Positions 19,289-29,806 of a stretch of 64,000 nucleotides of DNA are shown here, piece by piece (position 1 is the stretch's first letter; each line of letters begins with the position of its first letter). A model generated the notes under the pieces. That model saw only the letters and a program-made list of their open reading frames with translations. It was not told the origin of the DNA and made no database searches. Location of the stretch: IMG/VR virus record IMGVR_UViG_3300026549_001031. One strand, written 5' to 3'. The translations under genes and the position numbers were made by a program. The DNA is from a virus (taxonomy: Duplodnaviria; Heunggongvirae; Uroviricota; Caudoviricetes).

Positions 19289-21646
19289 GTGGGAATAAGT
19301 TTGAATAACGTATCAGAAGCTGATAAGCAGAGAGTTTCAGATATGAGGAATCATCCTCAATATGAGTCAGGCTTTGAAGATGAATCTGGTGGTGATGGAA
19401 GTGAGGAGGATTTATTCAACGACATGTTTGGCGACGGTGATGGTTTTGGAGATTTTGGGAACGACAATGATGGGTTTGATAGTTTCACTAGTGGTGGTTC
19501 AGACTCAGGTTCAAGCTCAAGCTTTAGCTCTGGTGGTTTTGGAAATGACACTTTCAATAATGGGAACAACAATGGCTTTGGAAATAATACATTCAGCAGT
19601 AATGGGTTTGGCACTAATACATTTAACAGTAACAATACCTTTGGTAATACTGGTTTTGGTGGGTTTGGAGCACAACCTCAGCAACAACAGCAACAGGCAC
19701 AGCCTGATAGAATGGATGCAGTAGTAGATGCAAGTGTTGACCTTGCTAAAGATTTTGGTTCAGTATTAGGAGAAATGTTTCACAGTATTAAGTTGAGAAA
19801 TGCAGATGATTTTGGATACTTAAGTCGTAACCTAATAATGGCTGGTGCAGGATTTGCAGCTGCTGGCATTGTATTAAGTTTGATAGGTCTTGCAGGTCAA
19901 ATTGGAGTACTTAGGTTCTTTGGTTTCTCACATAATTTGGTATTTTGTGGAGCATTATCATTATGTAGTGGAATCATTGGTATGGGAACTTCAGCGTTGG
20001 TTCTTATGAAAGTTGGCGGAGAGATTGCAGAGAATGACAATGTAGATTCTTTACAGGACATACCTGATAGTGATGATAATCATACACAAGAGTATTCAGA
20101 CAATATAGATGATATATTGAATGACCTGTTTCAGGATGAGGATGATAGTGGTTTTATGGATGATACAAGTGAGTTGCAAGAGGACGAGCCTGAAGAACAG
20201 GGAGAGTCACTTGAGTTAGAAGAGGATGAGGCACCTGAAATGGATCCTGGACCTTTAGATTTGACTGATGCACTTGATAATATTAGAGGCAATCAGGTAA
20301 TTTCAAGAGAGACACTGTTTAATACATTCAAACCTTTGTTTCCGACTAACACAAGAGGTTTCTCAGACGTAACAGAAATCGAACCTGACAGTGATGTGTT
20401 TAATACACTTGAGACTTATTGTATTAAAGCATTAGCAATTTTAGCTAACTGTGAGGAAGAGGAAGTAAACAGTGAATTATGCAGTGCTAAAGAGAATTAT
20501 TTCTCTTATGAATTAAGATTGAAGCGTATCAACAAGGTTAAGAGAACAGATATGCTAGCAACTGAAATCGAGAACTACATGAGGTCAAGTAGTGATGATG
20601 ATTCAGTTAATGCAACTGTTTCAATTGAGGGAGACTTCTACAAGATAATTGTTACAAAGGGTGTTACAGCGGTAGTTACTTTTGGAGATGTATTTCAGCA
20701 GCAATATTGTTGTGACTTCTTCTTAAATGCTAAGAATCAGCTTCCAATGATTGCTGGTATCAATGAGTTAGGTGAGGTAATGCTTGAGGATGCTAAGATA
20801 TTTGACACTATGATGATTGCTGGTAAGCCTAGGTCAGGTAAGTCATGGTACGTATTAGGAGTGTTAGCAAGCTTAATGTTGTTTAATCCTCCTGAATCAG
20901 TTCAGTTCATCATAGTAGATCCTAAGGGGTCTCACTTGTTTAAGACTTTGGCACTTATGCCTCATGTGTGTGGACTTCATGATGATAGTCATATACTTGA
21001 TATATTAGATGACATCATTAACGTTGAAGCTCCTAGACGTAAAGAGTTGTTAGATGCACATGAAGTCGATGATATCTGGGGTCTTAGAAAGAAGGGCGTT
21101 ATGTTACCTGTGCTTTACTTGGTAATTGATGAGTATATGTCAGTACTTGGTAATTTGGGTAAGGATAGAAAAGAAGAGTTTGACACTAAAATCAAAATTC
21201 TTATCAGTCAGTTACCTTCGTTAGGCATTAGACTTATATTCGTACCTCATAGAGCAATGGGTGTCGTTGATAAGACAAACAGAACAATGATTCAATTTGC
21301 AGCAGCAGTAAGGGCTAACGTAGATGATGTAAAAGATACATTGAGTATTCAGAAGTGGTCACGTGCTTTAACAAATCAAGGTGACGTGGCAATTAAGTCA
21401 TCATCAATGAAAAACGCAATGTTTGTAAGAGGCGCAGCGTTAACAACTTCTGATGAGAGCAACTCAACGTTTATTGAGACAGCTGCAAAGGCATTCTATA
21501 AAATGGGTGTTGATTTACCTGACATGAGTACAATGAGGTTTGCAGTAAATAGAGATGAGGATACAATAAGAGAGCAGTTAGTTGGTAATGGAAACAGAAT
21601 TCAATATGATGCAGCAGCTACTATAGCAGAGGCAGACGCGATTTAG
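19289..21646 (+). CDS. FtsK/SpoIIIE-family ATPase, probable coupling protein (TcpA-like)
   Basis: Two TMs; MMIAGKPRSGKS, FIIVDPKG, LYLVIDEY; GTG start after GGAGG. Confidence 0.8.
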   Translation: MGISLNNVSEADKQRVSDMRNHPQYESGFEDESGGDGSEEDLFNDMFGDGDGFGDFGNDNDGFDSFTSGGSDSGSSSSFSSGGFGNDTFNNGNNNGFGNNTFSSNGFGTNTFNSNNTFGNTGFGGFGAQPQQQQQQAQPDRMDAVVDASVDLAKDFGSVLGEMFHSIKLRNADDFGYLSRNLIMAGAGFAAAGIVLSLIGLAGQIGVLRFFGFSHNLVFCGALSLCSGIIGMGTSALVLMKVGGEIAENDNVDSLQDIPDSDDNHTQEYSDNIDDILNDLFQDEDDSGFMDDTSELQEDEPEEQGESLELEEDEAPEMDPGPLDLTDALDNIRGNQVISRETLFNTFKPLFPTNTRGFSDVTEIEPDSDVFNTLETYCIKALAILANCEEEEVNSELCSAKENYFSYELRLKRINKVKRTDMLATEIENYMRSSSDDDSVNATVSIEGDFYKIIVTKGVTAVVTFGDVFQQQYCCDFFLNAKNQLPMIAGINELGEVMLEDAKIFDTMMIAGKPRSGKSWYVLGVLASLMLFNPPESVQFIIVDPKGSHLFKTLALMPHVCGLHDDSHILDILDDIINVEAPRRKELLDAHEVDDIWGLRKKGVMLPVLYLVIDEYMSVLGNLGKDRKEEFDTKIKILISQLPSLGIRLIFVPHRAMGVVDKTNRTMIQFAAAVRANVDDVKDTLSIQKWSRALTNQGDVAIKSSSMKNAMFVRGAALTTSDESNSTFIETAAKAFYKMGVDLPDMSTMRFAVNRDEDTIREQLVGNGNRIQYDAAATIAEADAI

Positions 21647-21662
21647 AAATTGTTTAGCATGT

Positions 21663-21700
21663 ATACTAGCAGTAAATTATATACTGCTAGTATTTTTTTT
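21663..21700 (+). terminator. Rho-independent terminator
   Basis: ATACTAGCAGTA / TACTGCTAGTAT perfect stem then T-run. Confidence 0.8.
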
Positions 21701-21780
21701 ATTTTATTTTTAGCATTGGAAAAGGCATTAAGAATATAGAAAAAGAAAAGGAATTTTAATTTAGATTTGGAGGTGAGCAA

Positions 21781-23391
21781 ATGAATTTTTCAAGTAGCAT
21801 GATGTCTGGAATGGGTATAAGTCTTGGCGGTTTAGAGATTGCAACTGATTATTTATATGCTAACCCTGAGTTTTATGAACCTGACTTGACAGAGGTCAAG
21901 GCTACTATATCAAATAAACCTAATAAGCAGTTAAAACCTAGGGTAAAGCCTGTAAAACCTAAGGTATCTAAAGAGAGTATCATTAGTAAATATAGTATTA
22001 TACAGCCTAAACTGAAAGTGACAGCAGATGAGGTCATTGAGGATGATATGGTTGTGCAGGATGATAAGGATTTTGACTTCTCATTTGATGACTTTGACAT
22101 GGGAGATAGTAAACAGGGACAATTAGAAAACGAAGTAGATAACATTGATGAAACAGAGACAGAGGAACAGGTTGTTTCAGATGCAGACTTAATAAATCAG
22201 ATGTTAATGCAGCAATTAGCAGGAAGGACAAGTGAAGTTTATGAGTCAGGCAGTGGCTCAGAGGATGGGGACGAAGTAGAAAACAAGATGGACATGGATA
22301 AAGATGAATTAGACAATGAAATGGATGAAGATGATGCACTCCTAAATGAAATGTTTGGCAACGAGGAAGAGGATTCAGACAGTGATGATGAGTTACTTGC
22401 AGAGATGTTTGATGACGAGGACAGTGATGAAGAGTCAGAATCATATGAGGAAGAGTCAGATACAGAGGAAATAGAGAAAGCACCAGTGAGTTTTGAGGTT
22501 CAGGCACCTCAGAATCAAGTTGAATCTGCTGATAGTACACAAGAGATTGAAGATACAGACAGTTATAGCGAAGAGTCAGACATAGAAGATGATGACGATT
22601 TATTAAATGAAATGTTTGATGATGAGGATGATAACTATGATGAGGAAGAGACAGACAGTTATGAAGATGGGGATACAGATGAAGATGATTTAGCAGACAC
22701 CACAGAAGACGAAACATACAATGAGGAAAATGAATTAAACAGTGCAGAGTATGAACAAGACAGCAGCGAAGATGATGAGGAAGAGTCAGATGATGATCTA
22801 CTTGCTGAAATGTTTGGCGACGACATGGATGAATCAGAATATGATGAAAATGAGGATGATTCAGACATTGAGGAAAATGAAGAATATCCTGAGTTAGAGG
22901 ATGATGAGCCTGAAGTTGATGTGTCAGACAATGAATCTGAATTGAGTAGTTTACCTACCAGCATTTCAGAAAATCAAAAAAGCATTGAAGAAAAATCGAG
23001 AGAGCAAGTTCAAGGAATCAATGTTTCGAATGAGAGTAAAGTCACCAGTGAGAATAGTGAAGAGAGTCTTCAGAAAAAGTTAGCAGAAGCTATGGCTGAA
23101 ATAGAAAGGCTTAAAAACGGTTCAAGTAAACCTGCTGATAAAGAAGAGGCTACTAAAGATGATGCATCTGATAAAATAGAAAATAAAAAAGATAAATATA
23201 TGATGTATGCTGGCATGTCAACAGAAAAGTTGTATGGTCAGGTTAAAGAGTTTATGATTGCATCTAATGTTTCAAAGAAGCCTGTTGATTTAGCAGTGCT
23301 CTATGATAAGTTTGGAGATGCTAATGTAAAGAAGTTAATACATAAAAGTTATTTAATAAAATTAGGAAAAGGAGTAACAATAGGACGATGA
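21781..23391 (+). CDS. Highly acidic, probably disordered protein with repeated LLxEMF motifs
   Basis: D/E-dominated central ~300 aa; four LL[NA]EMF copies; small folded C-terminal domain. Confidence 0.8.
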   Translation: MNFSSSMMSGMGISLGGLEIATDYLYANPEFYEPDLTEVKATISNKPNKQLKPRVKPVKPKVSKESIISKYSIIQPKLKVTADEVIEDDMVVQDDKDFDFSFDDFDMGDSKQGQLENEVDNIDETETEEQVVSDADLINQMLMQQLAGRTSEVYESGSGSEDGDEVENKMDMDKDELDNEMDEDDALLNEMFGNEEEDSDSDDELLAEMFDDEDSDEESESYEEESDTEEIEKAPVSFEVQAPQNQVESADSTQEIEDTDSYSEESDIEDDDDLLNEMFDDEDDNYDEEETDSYEDGDTDEDDLADTTEDETYNEENELNSAEYEQDSSEDDEEESDDDLLAEMFGDDMDESEYDENEDDSDIEENEEYPELEDDEPEVDVSDNESELSSLPTSISENQKSIEEKSREQVQGINVSNESKVTSENSEESLQKKLAEAMAEIERLKNGSSKPADKEEATKDDASDKIENKKDKYMMYAGMSTEKLYGQVKEFMIASNVSKKPVDLAVLYDKFGDANVKKLIHKSYLIKLGKGVTIGR

Positions 23392-25466
23392 AAAAGAGAG
23401 TTGTAGCAATGATGTTAGTAGTGATAAGCTGTATTTCACTTACAGGATGTGCATCGTTTCTTCATGAGGACGTTGCAAAATATCCTTTAGTAAATCAGCT
23501 GACAAATCAGGAAGTCGTTGATTATTATGCTAAAGCATTAGATTATGATGCTGTCGTTGATAAGAATGTAACTGTACATGAAACTACTTACGAAGTTAAG
23601 GACGTTCAGGGTTCAAAAGAGACAGTACTTAAAGATTTAGTGTCACAGGCAGAGGGAATCCTAAGCGCTGGAGAATATGATAAGACGCCTGAAACAAAGA
23701 AGGTATTGAGTGAGGATACTTATAACTATTTGAAGGCAACATTGGATAATGAGCAGTTATCTGATGGACAGATTCAGAGTATTAAGGGAGCATTAGGTTA
23801 CTACTTTGTAGACGTTAAGTATAATGTGGGTCCTGCAGAGTCAGGAGAGTTTGAGCCTGCAGCTTCAATGTTAGGGCTTGATGGTGTTTGGATTAGCAAG
23901 CATGATGGCTCAGCAGAGGTTGATGCAGCATACTTAAGCAATATAGCTGATAAGCTTAATAAGTATTTTGAGGAAAATGTAATTGATGATGAAGTCACAG
24001 TTACAGATGATGGAGTACTTGAGTTTAAGAGTTTAGCAGGTGATAGCAGCAGTGATAACAGCGATACAGATGATGGTTCAAATGCAGGCGATTATGATGT
24101 TTCAATTCCTGGCGCTGAAGAAGATCAGGGTAACAGTGATGATGTTACAAGTGACACAGCTGTAAATGGAGAGGACATTGACAATGAATCAATCAAGAGT
24201 AATTATACAGATACAATACCTGATGATAGAAAGATCAAGATTGATTTAAGTTTGATCAACAGGGTGGTTGGTTCATCACTTGCAGAGAAAGCGTTTCTTC
24301 CTTCACTTGATACAGTGTACAAGACACCTGAAAACAGTAATGTAGGTGGTTATGGTGTTTATCCTGCAGGTTCTGAAGGACTTAAGCTTTTTGGTTTTAA
24401 CAGAGATGATCTTGCTGGTGATGTTACAATCAGGTATGTGTTTAAGGATGCAGATGATGCTTCTGGAAACATTGTTGGAACAAATGCTTACGTTACAACA
24501 GAAAATATTACAAATGGATTTAATGTTTCAGACCAGAATGTAATTATTCCTGACTTCTTAAATGATCAGCTGGACGAGATTATTGAGAGAGCAGACAGAG
24601 TTCAGTCAAATGTAGACTTATCAGGTATGTTATCAGGTAATGTTTATGCAGACTTAGGACCTGCAGTGTTAGCAGGATTCAAGGACGAGAGCAGTAGAAC
24701 TTTGAAATATATGTCTACTATAAGACAGGTACTTGCAAGAGATACTGCTGACAATGCTTATTTGGTAGAGGTTGAGACAACTTTAACAGATGGTCCTCGT
24801 TCAGTTGATTGCTATGGTACTTACAAAGATAAGTATTATGCAGTAATTCAGCAGAAAGGAAACAGTTTCTTAATTACTGACATGTTAAGAGTTGCACGAG
24901 AAATGACTGGTGAGCCTCCTATTTATCCGAACTCTTCTACAGAAAAGAGATTGGTTGCATTGAATTTAGCAGGTGAGGTTGCAGAGGATGATAAGACAGA
25001 CATTAAGAGTTTAATGGGAGATCTTTATCAGGCTTGTACATACAGGATTTTGAAAGCTAAAGACGATGATGGAAATTATAAGAAGATTAAAGTAAATGGC
25101 AAGACACAGGAAATTAAACGAGGCATGTATGATTGCTTTGATAAAGATAGGACAATGCTTACTAAACAGCAGGGTGAGTACATTACATCTTATTTGAGAG
25201 GCAAGTTAACAAAGTATGGTGCAAATGTTGGATCTCAGTTGAGTGGAACAATTACAGAGTGGATTGGTGGTTATGACAATCAGGCAGAGTTCACTACAGA
25301 GGAATTGATTCAGTACGACGGTAGAGATACAGGATATTACATGACAGTTTATTACCTGGTTTCAAAAATGGGTGATGATTGGGCAATAGATGAAAGAAAA
25401 GTCATGAGTGAAGAAGAAGTGACAGGCAATGATTTGTCTAATGCAGTGGATAGAATTACAAACTAG
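23388..25466 (+). CDS. Large lipoprotein (transfer-region)
   Basis: MKK + hydrophobic stretch + lipobox SLTG-C; start overlaps previous stop (ATGA). Confidence 0.8.
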   Translation: MKKRVVAMMLVVISCISLTGCASFLHEDVAKYPLVNQLTNQEVVDYYAKALDYDAVVDKNVTVHETTYEVKDVQGSKETVLKDLVSQAEGILSAGEYDKTPETKKVLSEDTYNYLKATLDNEQLSDGQIQSIKGALGYYFVDVKYNVGPAESGEFEPAASMLGLDGVWISKHDGSAEVDAAYLSNIADKLNKYFEENVIDDEVTVTDDGVLEFKSLAGDSSSDNSDTDDGSNAGDYDVSIPGAEEDQGNSDDVTSDTAVNGEDIDNESIKSNYTDTIPDDRKIKIDLSLINRVVGSSLAEKAFLPSLDTVYKTPENSNVGGYGVYPAGSEGLKLFGFNRDDLAGDVTIRYVFKDADDASGNIVGTNAYVTTENITNGFNVSDQNVIIPDFLNDQLDEIIERADRVQSNVDLSGMLSGNVYADLGPAVLAGFKDESSRTLKYMSTIRQVLARDTADNAYLVEVETTLTDGPRSVDCYGTYKDKYYAVIQQKGNSFLITDMLRVAREMTGEPPIYPNSSTEKRLVALNLAGEVAEDDKTDIKSLMGDLYQACTYRILKAKDDDGNYKKIKVNGKTQEIKRGMYDCFDKDRTMLTKQQGEYITSYLRGKLTKYGANVGSQLSGTITEWIGGYDNQAEFTTEELIQYDGRDTGYYMTVYYLVSKMGDDWAIDERKVMSEEEVTGNDLSNAVDRITN

Positions 25467-25530
25467 GTAATAAAAGATAGCACTTGGCAGAGAAAAGATA
25501 GTACATACAACTAAAAAGATATAAGCATTG

Positions 25531-25563
25531 AAGGGGTAAAATTGTTGATTTTACCCCTTTTTT
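25531..25563 (+). terminator. Rho-independent terminator ending the transfer block
   Basis: AAGGGGTAAAAT / ATTTTACCCCTT then T-run. Confidence 0.8.
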
Positions 25564-25573
25564 GTTGTATAAT
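25545..25573 (+). promoter_or_regulatory. SigmaA-type promoter for the telA cluster
   Basis: TTGATT-17 bp-TATAAT overlapping the terminator. Confidence 0.65.
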
Positions 25574-25605
25574 GATAATGTAGTAAATAAAGATTGGAGG
25601 ATGAT

Positions 25606-26652
25606 ATGGTGGGAACAGAGGATGTAATCAAAGGTACAGTAGAAGAAAGCGTAGATACATCGAAAGAAATTGCAACCAGTGGCACTGAAGTAGGGCTTGA
25701 GGTTGATGAGAATGAACTTAGTAGAGTTAAGGCTATGTCACTCAAGCAGATTGACGAGTATGGTTCAACAATTCAGGACATGATTGGTTCAAAATCAACA
25801 GCTATTCTGCAGAAGGCAACAGTGAATGATACTGGTGCAACCATGAAGAAAGGCTTAGATGATCTTCAGGAGGTTGTGGACAAGCAGAGAAAAATGCTTC
25901 CTACAAGTAAGTCTCCTATGAGACTCTTTAGAAAGTTTACAGCAAACTATACTAAAGTAGAGAAGCGCATTGATGATATCAGTGATGTACTTAGCGAACA
26001 GAAAGATAAGCTTGAGAAGTATGTGCAGTACATGATGGAACAAAGTCAGAGTCTTGGTGAAGCAGTTAAGACACTGCGTAAATATGAGGGTGCATTAGCA
26101 GAATATGCTAAAGAGCTTGAGTTAGCAGATAATCCTGATCAGATTAGATTACAGGCAGTTGCTAGTAGACTTAAGATCATCACAAGTACACGTGTAAATG
26201 CAGAGCAGGCTCAGGTTGAAAGTTTAATGATCATTAAAGCGAATCAGGAAAGCAAGTATCAGCTTGCTCAGGTAGTACAGAACGTAATGCCTATTCTGAA
26301 AATGCAGGCAGTAAATGCTATTGGCATTAAAGCAAATCAGGAAAGCTTGGAAATTGCAGAGAAAACAAAGAAGATCACAGGAGACCTTATCGAGCGTAAC
26401 GCAGCAGATGTAAAAGCAATGGTGGACAAGCTTCAGAGTAACCGTACCAGTGGTGTTATTGATGAGGACAAGTTACTGAATGCTCAGCGTACATTACAGG
26501 AGGCTATCAAAACTGTTATGGAGGCATCAGAGAAAGAGGCTCAGGCAAACCTGGAAATTTCAAAGAGACTTCGCGAGAACAGTGGTTTTACAGAGCAGCA
26601 TATCAAGGACCTTTCAAGAGCATTGGATATCAATGACTCTAATGCAATCTAA
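25606..26652 (+). CDS. telA: Toxic anion resistance protein (TelA/KlaA family)
   Basis: All-helical ~348 aa; LFRKFTANYTKVEKRIDDISDVL and VMPILKMQ patterns resemble TelA; ATG 25606 after GGAGG. Confidence 0.65.
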   Translation: MVGTEDVIKGTVEESVDTSKEIATSGTEVGLEVDENELSRVKAMSLKQIDEYGSTIQDMIGSKSTAILQKATVNDTGATMKKGLDDLQEVVDKQRKMLPTSKSPMRLFRKFTANYTKVEKRIDDISDVLSEQKDKLEKYVQYMMEQSQSLGEAVKTLRKYEGALAEYAKELELADNPDQIRLQAVASRLKIITSTRVNAEQAQVESLMIIKANQESKYQLAQVVQNVMPILKMQAVNAIGIKANQESLEIAEKTKKITGDLIERNAADVKAMVDKLQSNRTSGVIDEDKLLNAQRTLQEAIKTVMEASEKEAQANLEISKRLRENSGFTEQHIKDLSRALDINDSNAI

Positions 26653-26669
26653 AGAGTAGAGACATAGAT

Positions 26670-27476
26670 ATGGGAGATAGTAAGAGCATAAAGGTGCACG
26701 GAAAAGCATTGAATAGGTTTATGCAAGCAACAAGTTGTGCTGAGATATTCTTGGATAAATATGAAAAGGATCCTGACAATTTGACTAGTAATGACATATT
26801 GATACTGTTCTATGCACTGGAATGTTTAAGACAGCAACTTAGGGATGGTTGCAAGAGCACTATGATAAGAAATGAAGCAGAGGCGCTATATGCTAGACTT
26901 GAGGCTATAGTGAGTCTGCTTCAAGTCATAGATTGGGATAACATTAGATATAGGACAGATACAAAGACATCATGGAAATATGCAGCTAGAGTGTTTGGAA
27001 AATCATTTGAAGAGGCTAAACAATCACGTAATGATGTAAAACATACACTCTTTTGGAAAAGATTTGCTAAGTCATTGGCGGTGGGTGGCATAGGAATGGT
27101 TAGTTTGTTACCTACAGCTAGTATCATAGCAATGGGAATTGGAGCAGCTTGCTTTGGTGGTATTACATATATATTTCTTAGGGCAGACGACGAATCACAT
27201 TTGCACAGGATAGGTTTGATATATCCATACTGTATTTACAATGATAACTTGTTTACAAATATGATGCAGTATGTATATGGTGTTTGTACAGGTATTTACA
27301 ATACTAGTGGCATAGGGTCTTATATGATGCCTGGTTGTCCTCAAGAAAAGCAGCTTAAGGAGGACATGGAGTATATCAGATGCACAGGAGTAAAGGAATT
27401 AAACAGTGAGAATTATAGAGATGTACTTACTGTTTATGCTCGCATACTATATGAAATTTCTGATAACATAAAGTAA
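26670..27476 (+). CDS. Membrane protein, LTxNDI paralogue family
   Basis: LTSNDILILFYALECL; TM pair. Confidence 0.75.
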   Translation: MGDSKSIKVHGKALNRFMQATSCAEIFLDKYEKDPDNLTSNDILILFYALECLRQQLRDGCKSTMIRNEAEALYARLEAIVSLLQVIDWDNIRYRTDTKTSWKYAARVFGKSFEEAKQSRNDVKHTLFWKRFAKSLAVGGIGMVSLLPTASIIAMGIGAACFGGITYIFLRADDESHLHRIGLIYPYCIYNDNLFTNMMQYVYGVCTGIYNTSGIGSYMMPGCPQEKQLKEDMEYIRCTGVKELNSENYRDVLTVYARILYEISDNIK

Positions 27477-27488
27477 AAGGGTAAAGAC

Positions 27489-28349
27489 ATGGAAAAAGAG
27501 AAAGAGACAGAGATCAAGAAAAATGGTGAGAGCATTTCATATCAGGCTAATGCATTGAATGAATATGAAAAGATCGTTGATATTTCTAACAATATACTTG
27601 AGAAGTACAAGGATACAGATAGTTTAGATTTTAATGGCATTTTTGTTTTATTCTATGTAGAGAAAAAATTGGATAACATGTTGAAAGAATACCCTGATGC
27701 AGTGTTTTACAAAAACGCAGACGCTATACATGATAGGCTGTCACTTATTTGTGATGACTACAGAGATTCTGATATAAGAGTCTCACAGTATCCTAGAAAT
27801 ACAGGCAAAAAGGGAGCTAAGGCATTATTTGGTAATAGATATAGACTTAGTATAGTGAAGTATAGACTTAACAAGTTTATGTTTAACTTCTTTAGAATTG
27901 TCAAGTGGTATGCACCTGCTTTAACATTAGGTACATTGCTAATAAATATAGCATGTCCTTTATTTATAAATGGTACACGTGTTGCTAGAATTGGGATTAG
28001 GGCATTTTTTGAAGAGCAGTTAGCAATTTGGGGGCATGTGTTTGGACAATTTGCAACACTTGGAGTAATAGGTTCAATCATTGGAGCAACTCTTCATACA
28101 TTCTATGAGTTGCACTCTAGAGATGAAGATACATCAGAAAGAGAATTCTACGTTCATGGAGACATTAAGAGATATATAAGTTACATATCTAAAAAAGCTG
28201 AGTTTGTATTGGCGATTGATCCAGATCATATTGGTACAGTAGAAGCACTTAAGGGTTTAGTGAGTGAGTTCATATGCATGGAGGAAGTCATTGGCGAAGA
28301 AAAGATACTTACAGGAGACTTTGGTTTAGCAGATCAGGGTTTTAGATAA
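27489..28349 (+). CDS. Membrane protein, LTxNDI paralogue family
   Basis: LDFNGIFVLFYVEKKL; TM pair. Confidence 0.75.
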   Translation: MEKEKETEIKKNGESISYQANALNEYEKIVDISNNILEKYKDTDSLDFNGIFVLFYVEKKLDNMLKEYPDAVFYKNADAIHDRLSLICDDYRDSDIRVSQYPRNTGKKGAKALFGNRYRLSIVKYRLNKFMFNFFRIVKWYAPALTLGTLLINIACPLFINGTRVARIGIRAFFEEQLAIWGHVFGQFATLGVIGSIIGATLHTFYELHSRDEDTSEREFYVHGDIKRYISYISKKAEFVLAIDPDHIGTVEALKGLVSEFICMEEVIGEEKILTGDFGLADQGFR

Positions 28350-28363
28350 AGGGGGATAGGACA

Positions 28364-29092
28364 TTGGCATTATTTTTGGTTGACTTTGAAAACGTAAAAG
28401 GGACAGATGCTTTTAATGGAGCAGACTTATTAACACCTGATGATACAGTTTGTATTTTCTATAGCAAGGAGGCTTTTAGGCTTAAGGCATATGAGTATGA
28501 AGCACTGCAGCGGTCAGGATGTAAGATAGAGTATTATAAACTCATTAAAGGTGGTAAAAATGCACTGGATTTTTACATAGTAGGCAAGGCATCAAGTGAA
28601 TTGCATAAGAAATGTGATGCAATAGGCATTATCAGTAATGATAGTGGCTATGATACATTTGTTGATTACATATCAAATTACGAGGGTATTGACAAGAAAG
28701 TAGTAAAGTGCAGTGGTACAATTAGAAAGGTACTTAGTGTGATGTCTACTGATGCACTGGGTAGGGCTGGAGAGGCAAATAGATCCTTACAGGCTATATC
28801 AATAGATACACTTGCTAATCAGGCTAAGGCATTGAAAGTTAAGGCAGATGAAGTAAGAGAGGTATTGAAAGAGTACCTTGAGGAACAGAATTGTAGCATT
28901 GATGATTATACTGGTTCATTTATTCAGGATATGTGGACAGTACCTTTGAAAGAGGTTTATTCAAAGTCACTTCAGACTTTTGGTAAAGACAATGGTATTG
29001 AAGTACATTACATGGTAAAAGAGTACAAGAGGCTTAAAGAAGAAAAGGGAGACCTTGACTTAAGCAAGCTAAGCAACATTATGCAGAAGTAA
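28364..29092 (+). CDS. PIN-like (NYN-related) domain protein, putative ribonuclease
   Basis: FLVDFENV, GKNALDFYI, IISNDSGYD acidic PIN motifs; TTG start. Confidence 0.8.
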   Translation: MALFLVDFENVKGTDAFNGADLLTPDDTVCIFYSKEAFRLKAYEYEALQRSGCKIEYYKLIKGGKNALDFYIVGKASSELHKKCDAIGIISNDSGYDTFVDYISNYEGIDKKVVKCSGTIRKVLSVMSTDALGRAGEANRSLQAISIDTLANQAKALKVKADEVREVLKEYLEEQNCSIDDYTGSFIQDMWTVPLKEVYSKSLQTFGKDNGIEVHYMVKEYKRLKEEKGDLDLSKLSNIMQK

Positions 29093-29131
29093 TACATGGG
29101 GAGAATCAAGGTTTAGCAGGAGAGATGTAGT

Positions 29132-29806
29132 ATGATTACAGATATGAAATTTCAGACCATTAAGAAAAGAGCAATGGACTTTTCAGATTTAACTACATAC
29201 GTTATTAAAATACTTGATATGTATGAAAGCGACAATGATCATGGTGAACTTACAGTGCTTGGTTACTATGGAGTATTGGTTGCTAACAAAGTGTTAGAAG
29301 AAGCAGACTTTGAGGAATATGAGCCTGAACTTAATAGAATGAGGGCTACAGTAGGAAGTATTGCAACAATCTTGAAAAATAGTGAGGTTAGACCTTATCC
29401 AGATGATTCATTGTACAATATTTTTGCAAGACTAAACATTATTTTGGATTGGAGACTTAACAAGAAAGAGTTAAAGCAGGAAATAGAGAAATTCAACTAT
29501 CTTCATGTTGGAGTACATGATTACAATGCAAGGCATACAGTAAGAGTATTCATAGGCGACGCATTTGGCATTACTACTTGCAAGTACCTTGGGTTTATTG
29601 ATCAGGTTTATTTTGGATCAGACATTGATAACTTAATAATTGACACACTATATAAGAATATAGGCAATCCAGCATCAGAGAGGATCCCTATAGGTGATAA
29701 CAGGGTCATTAGATCAGAAGAAAAGACAATAGAAAATTGGATATGGGCTGATTCGCTTGAGGATGATGAGGAGGATTTAACTAACTATGGAATGCACTTG
29801 GTATAA
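29132..29806 (+). CDS. Hypothetical protein, divergent LTxNDI-family member
   Basis: ILDMYE...ELTVLGYYGVLVANKVL aligns loosely with neighbours. Confidence 0.7.
   Translation: MITDMKFQTIKKRAMDFSDLTTYVIKILDMYESDNDHGELTVLGYYGVLVANKVLEEADFEEYEPELNRMRATVGSIATILKNSEVRPYPDDSLYNIFARLNIILDWRLNKKELKQEIEKFNYLHVGVHDYNARHTVRVFIGDAFGITTCKYLGFIDQVYFGSDIDNLIIDTLYKNIGNPASERIPIGDNRVIRSEEKTIENWIWADSLEDDEEDLTNYGMHLV

Noticed and set aside
22250-22930. GATGA-rich repeats as a DNA-level repeat array
   Set aside because: Explained by Asp/Glu codons; only the protein-level motif is retained as a finding
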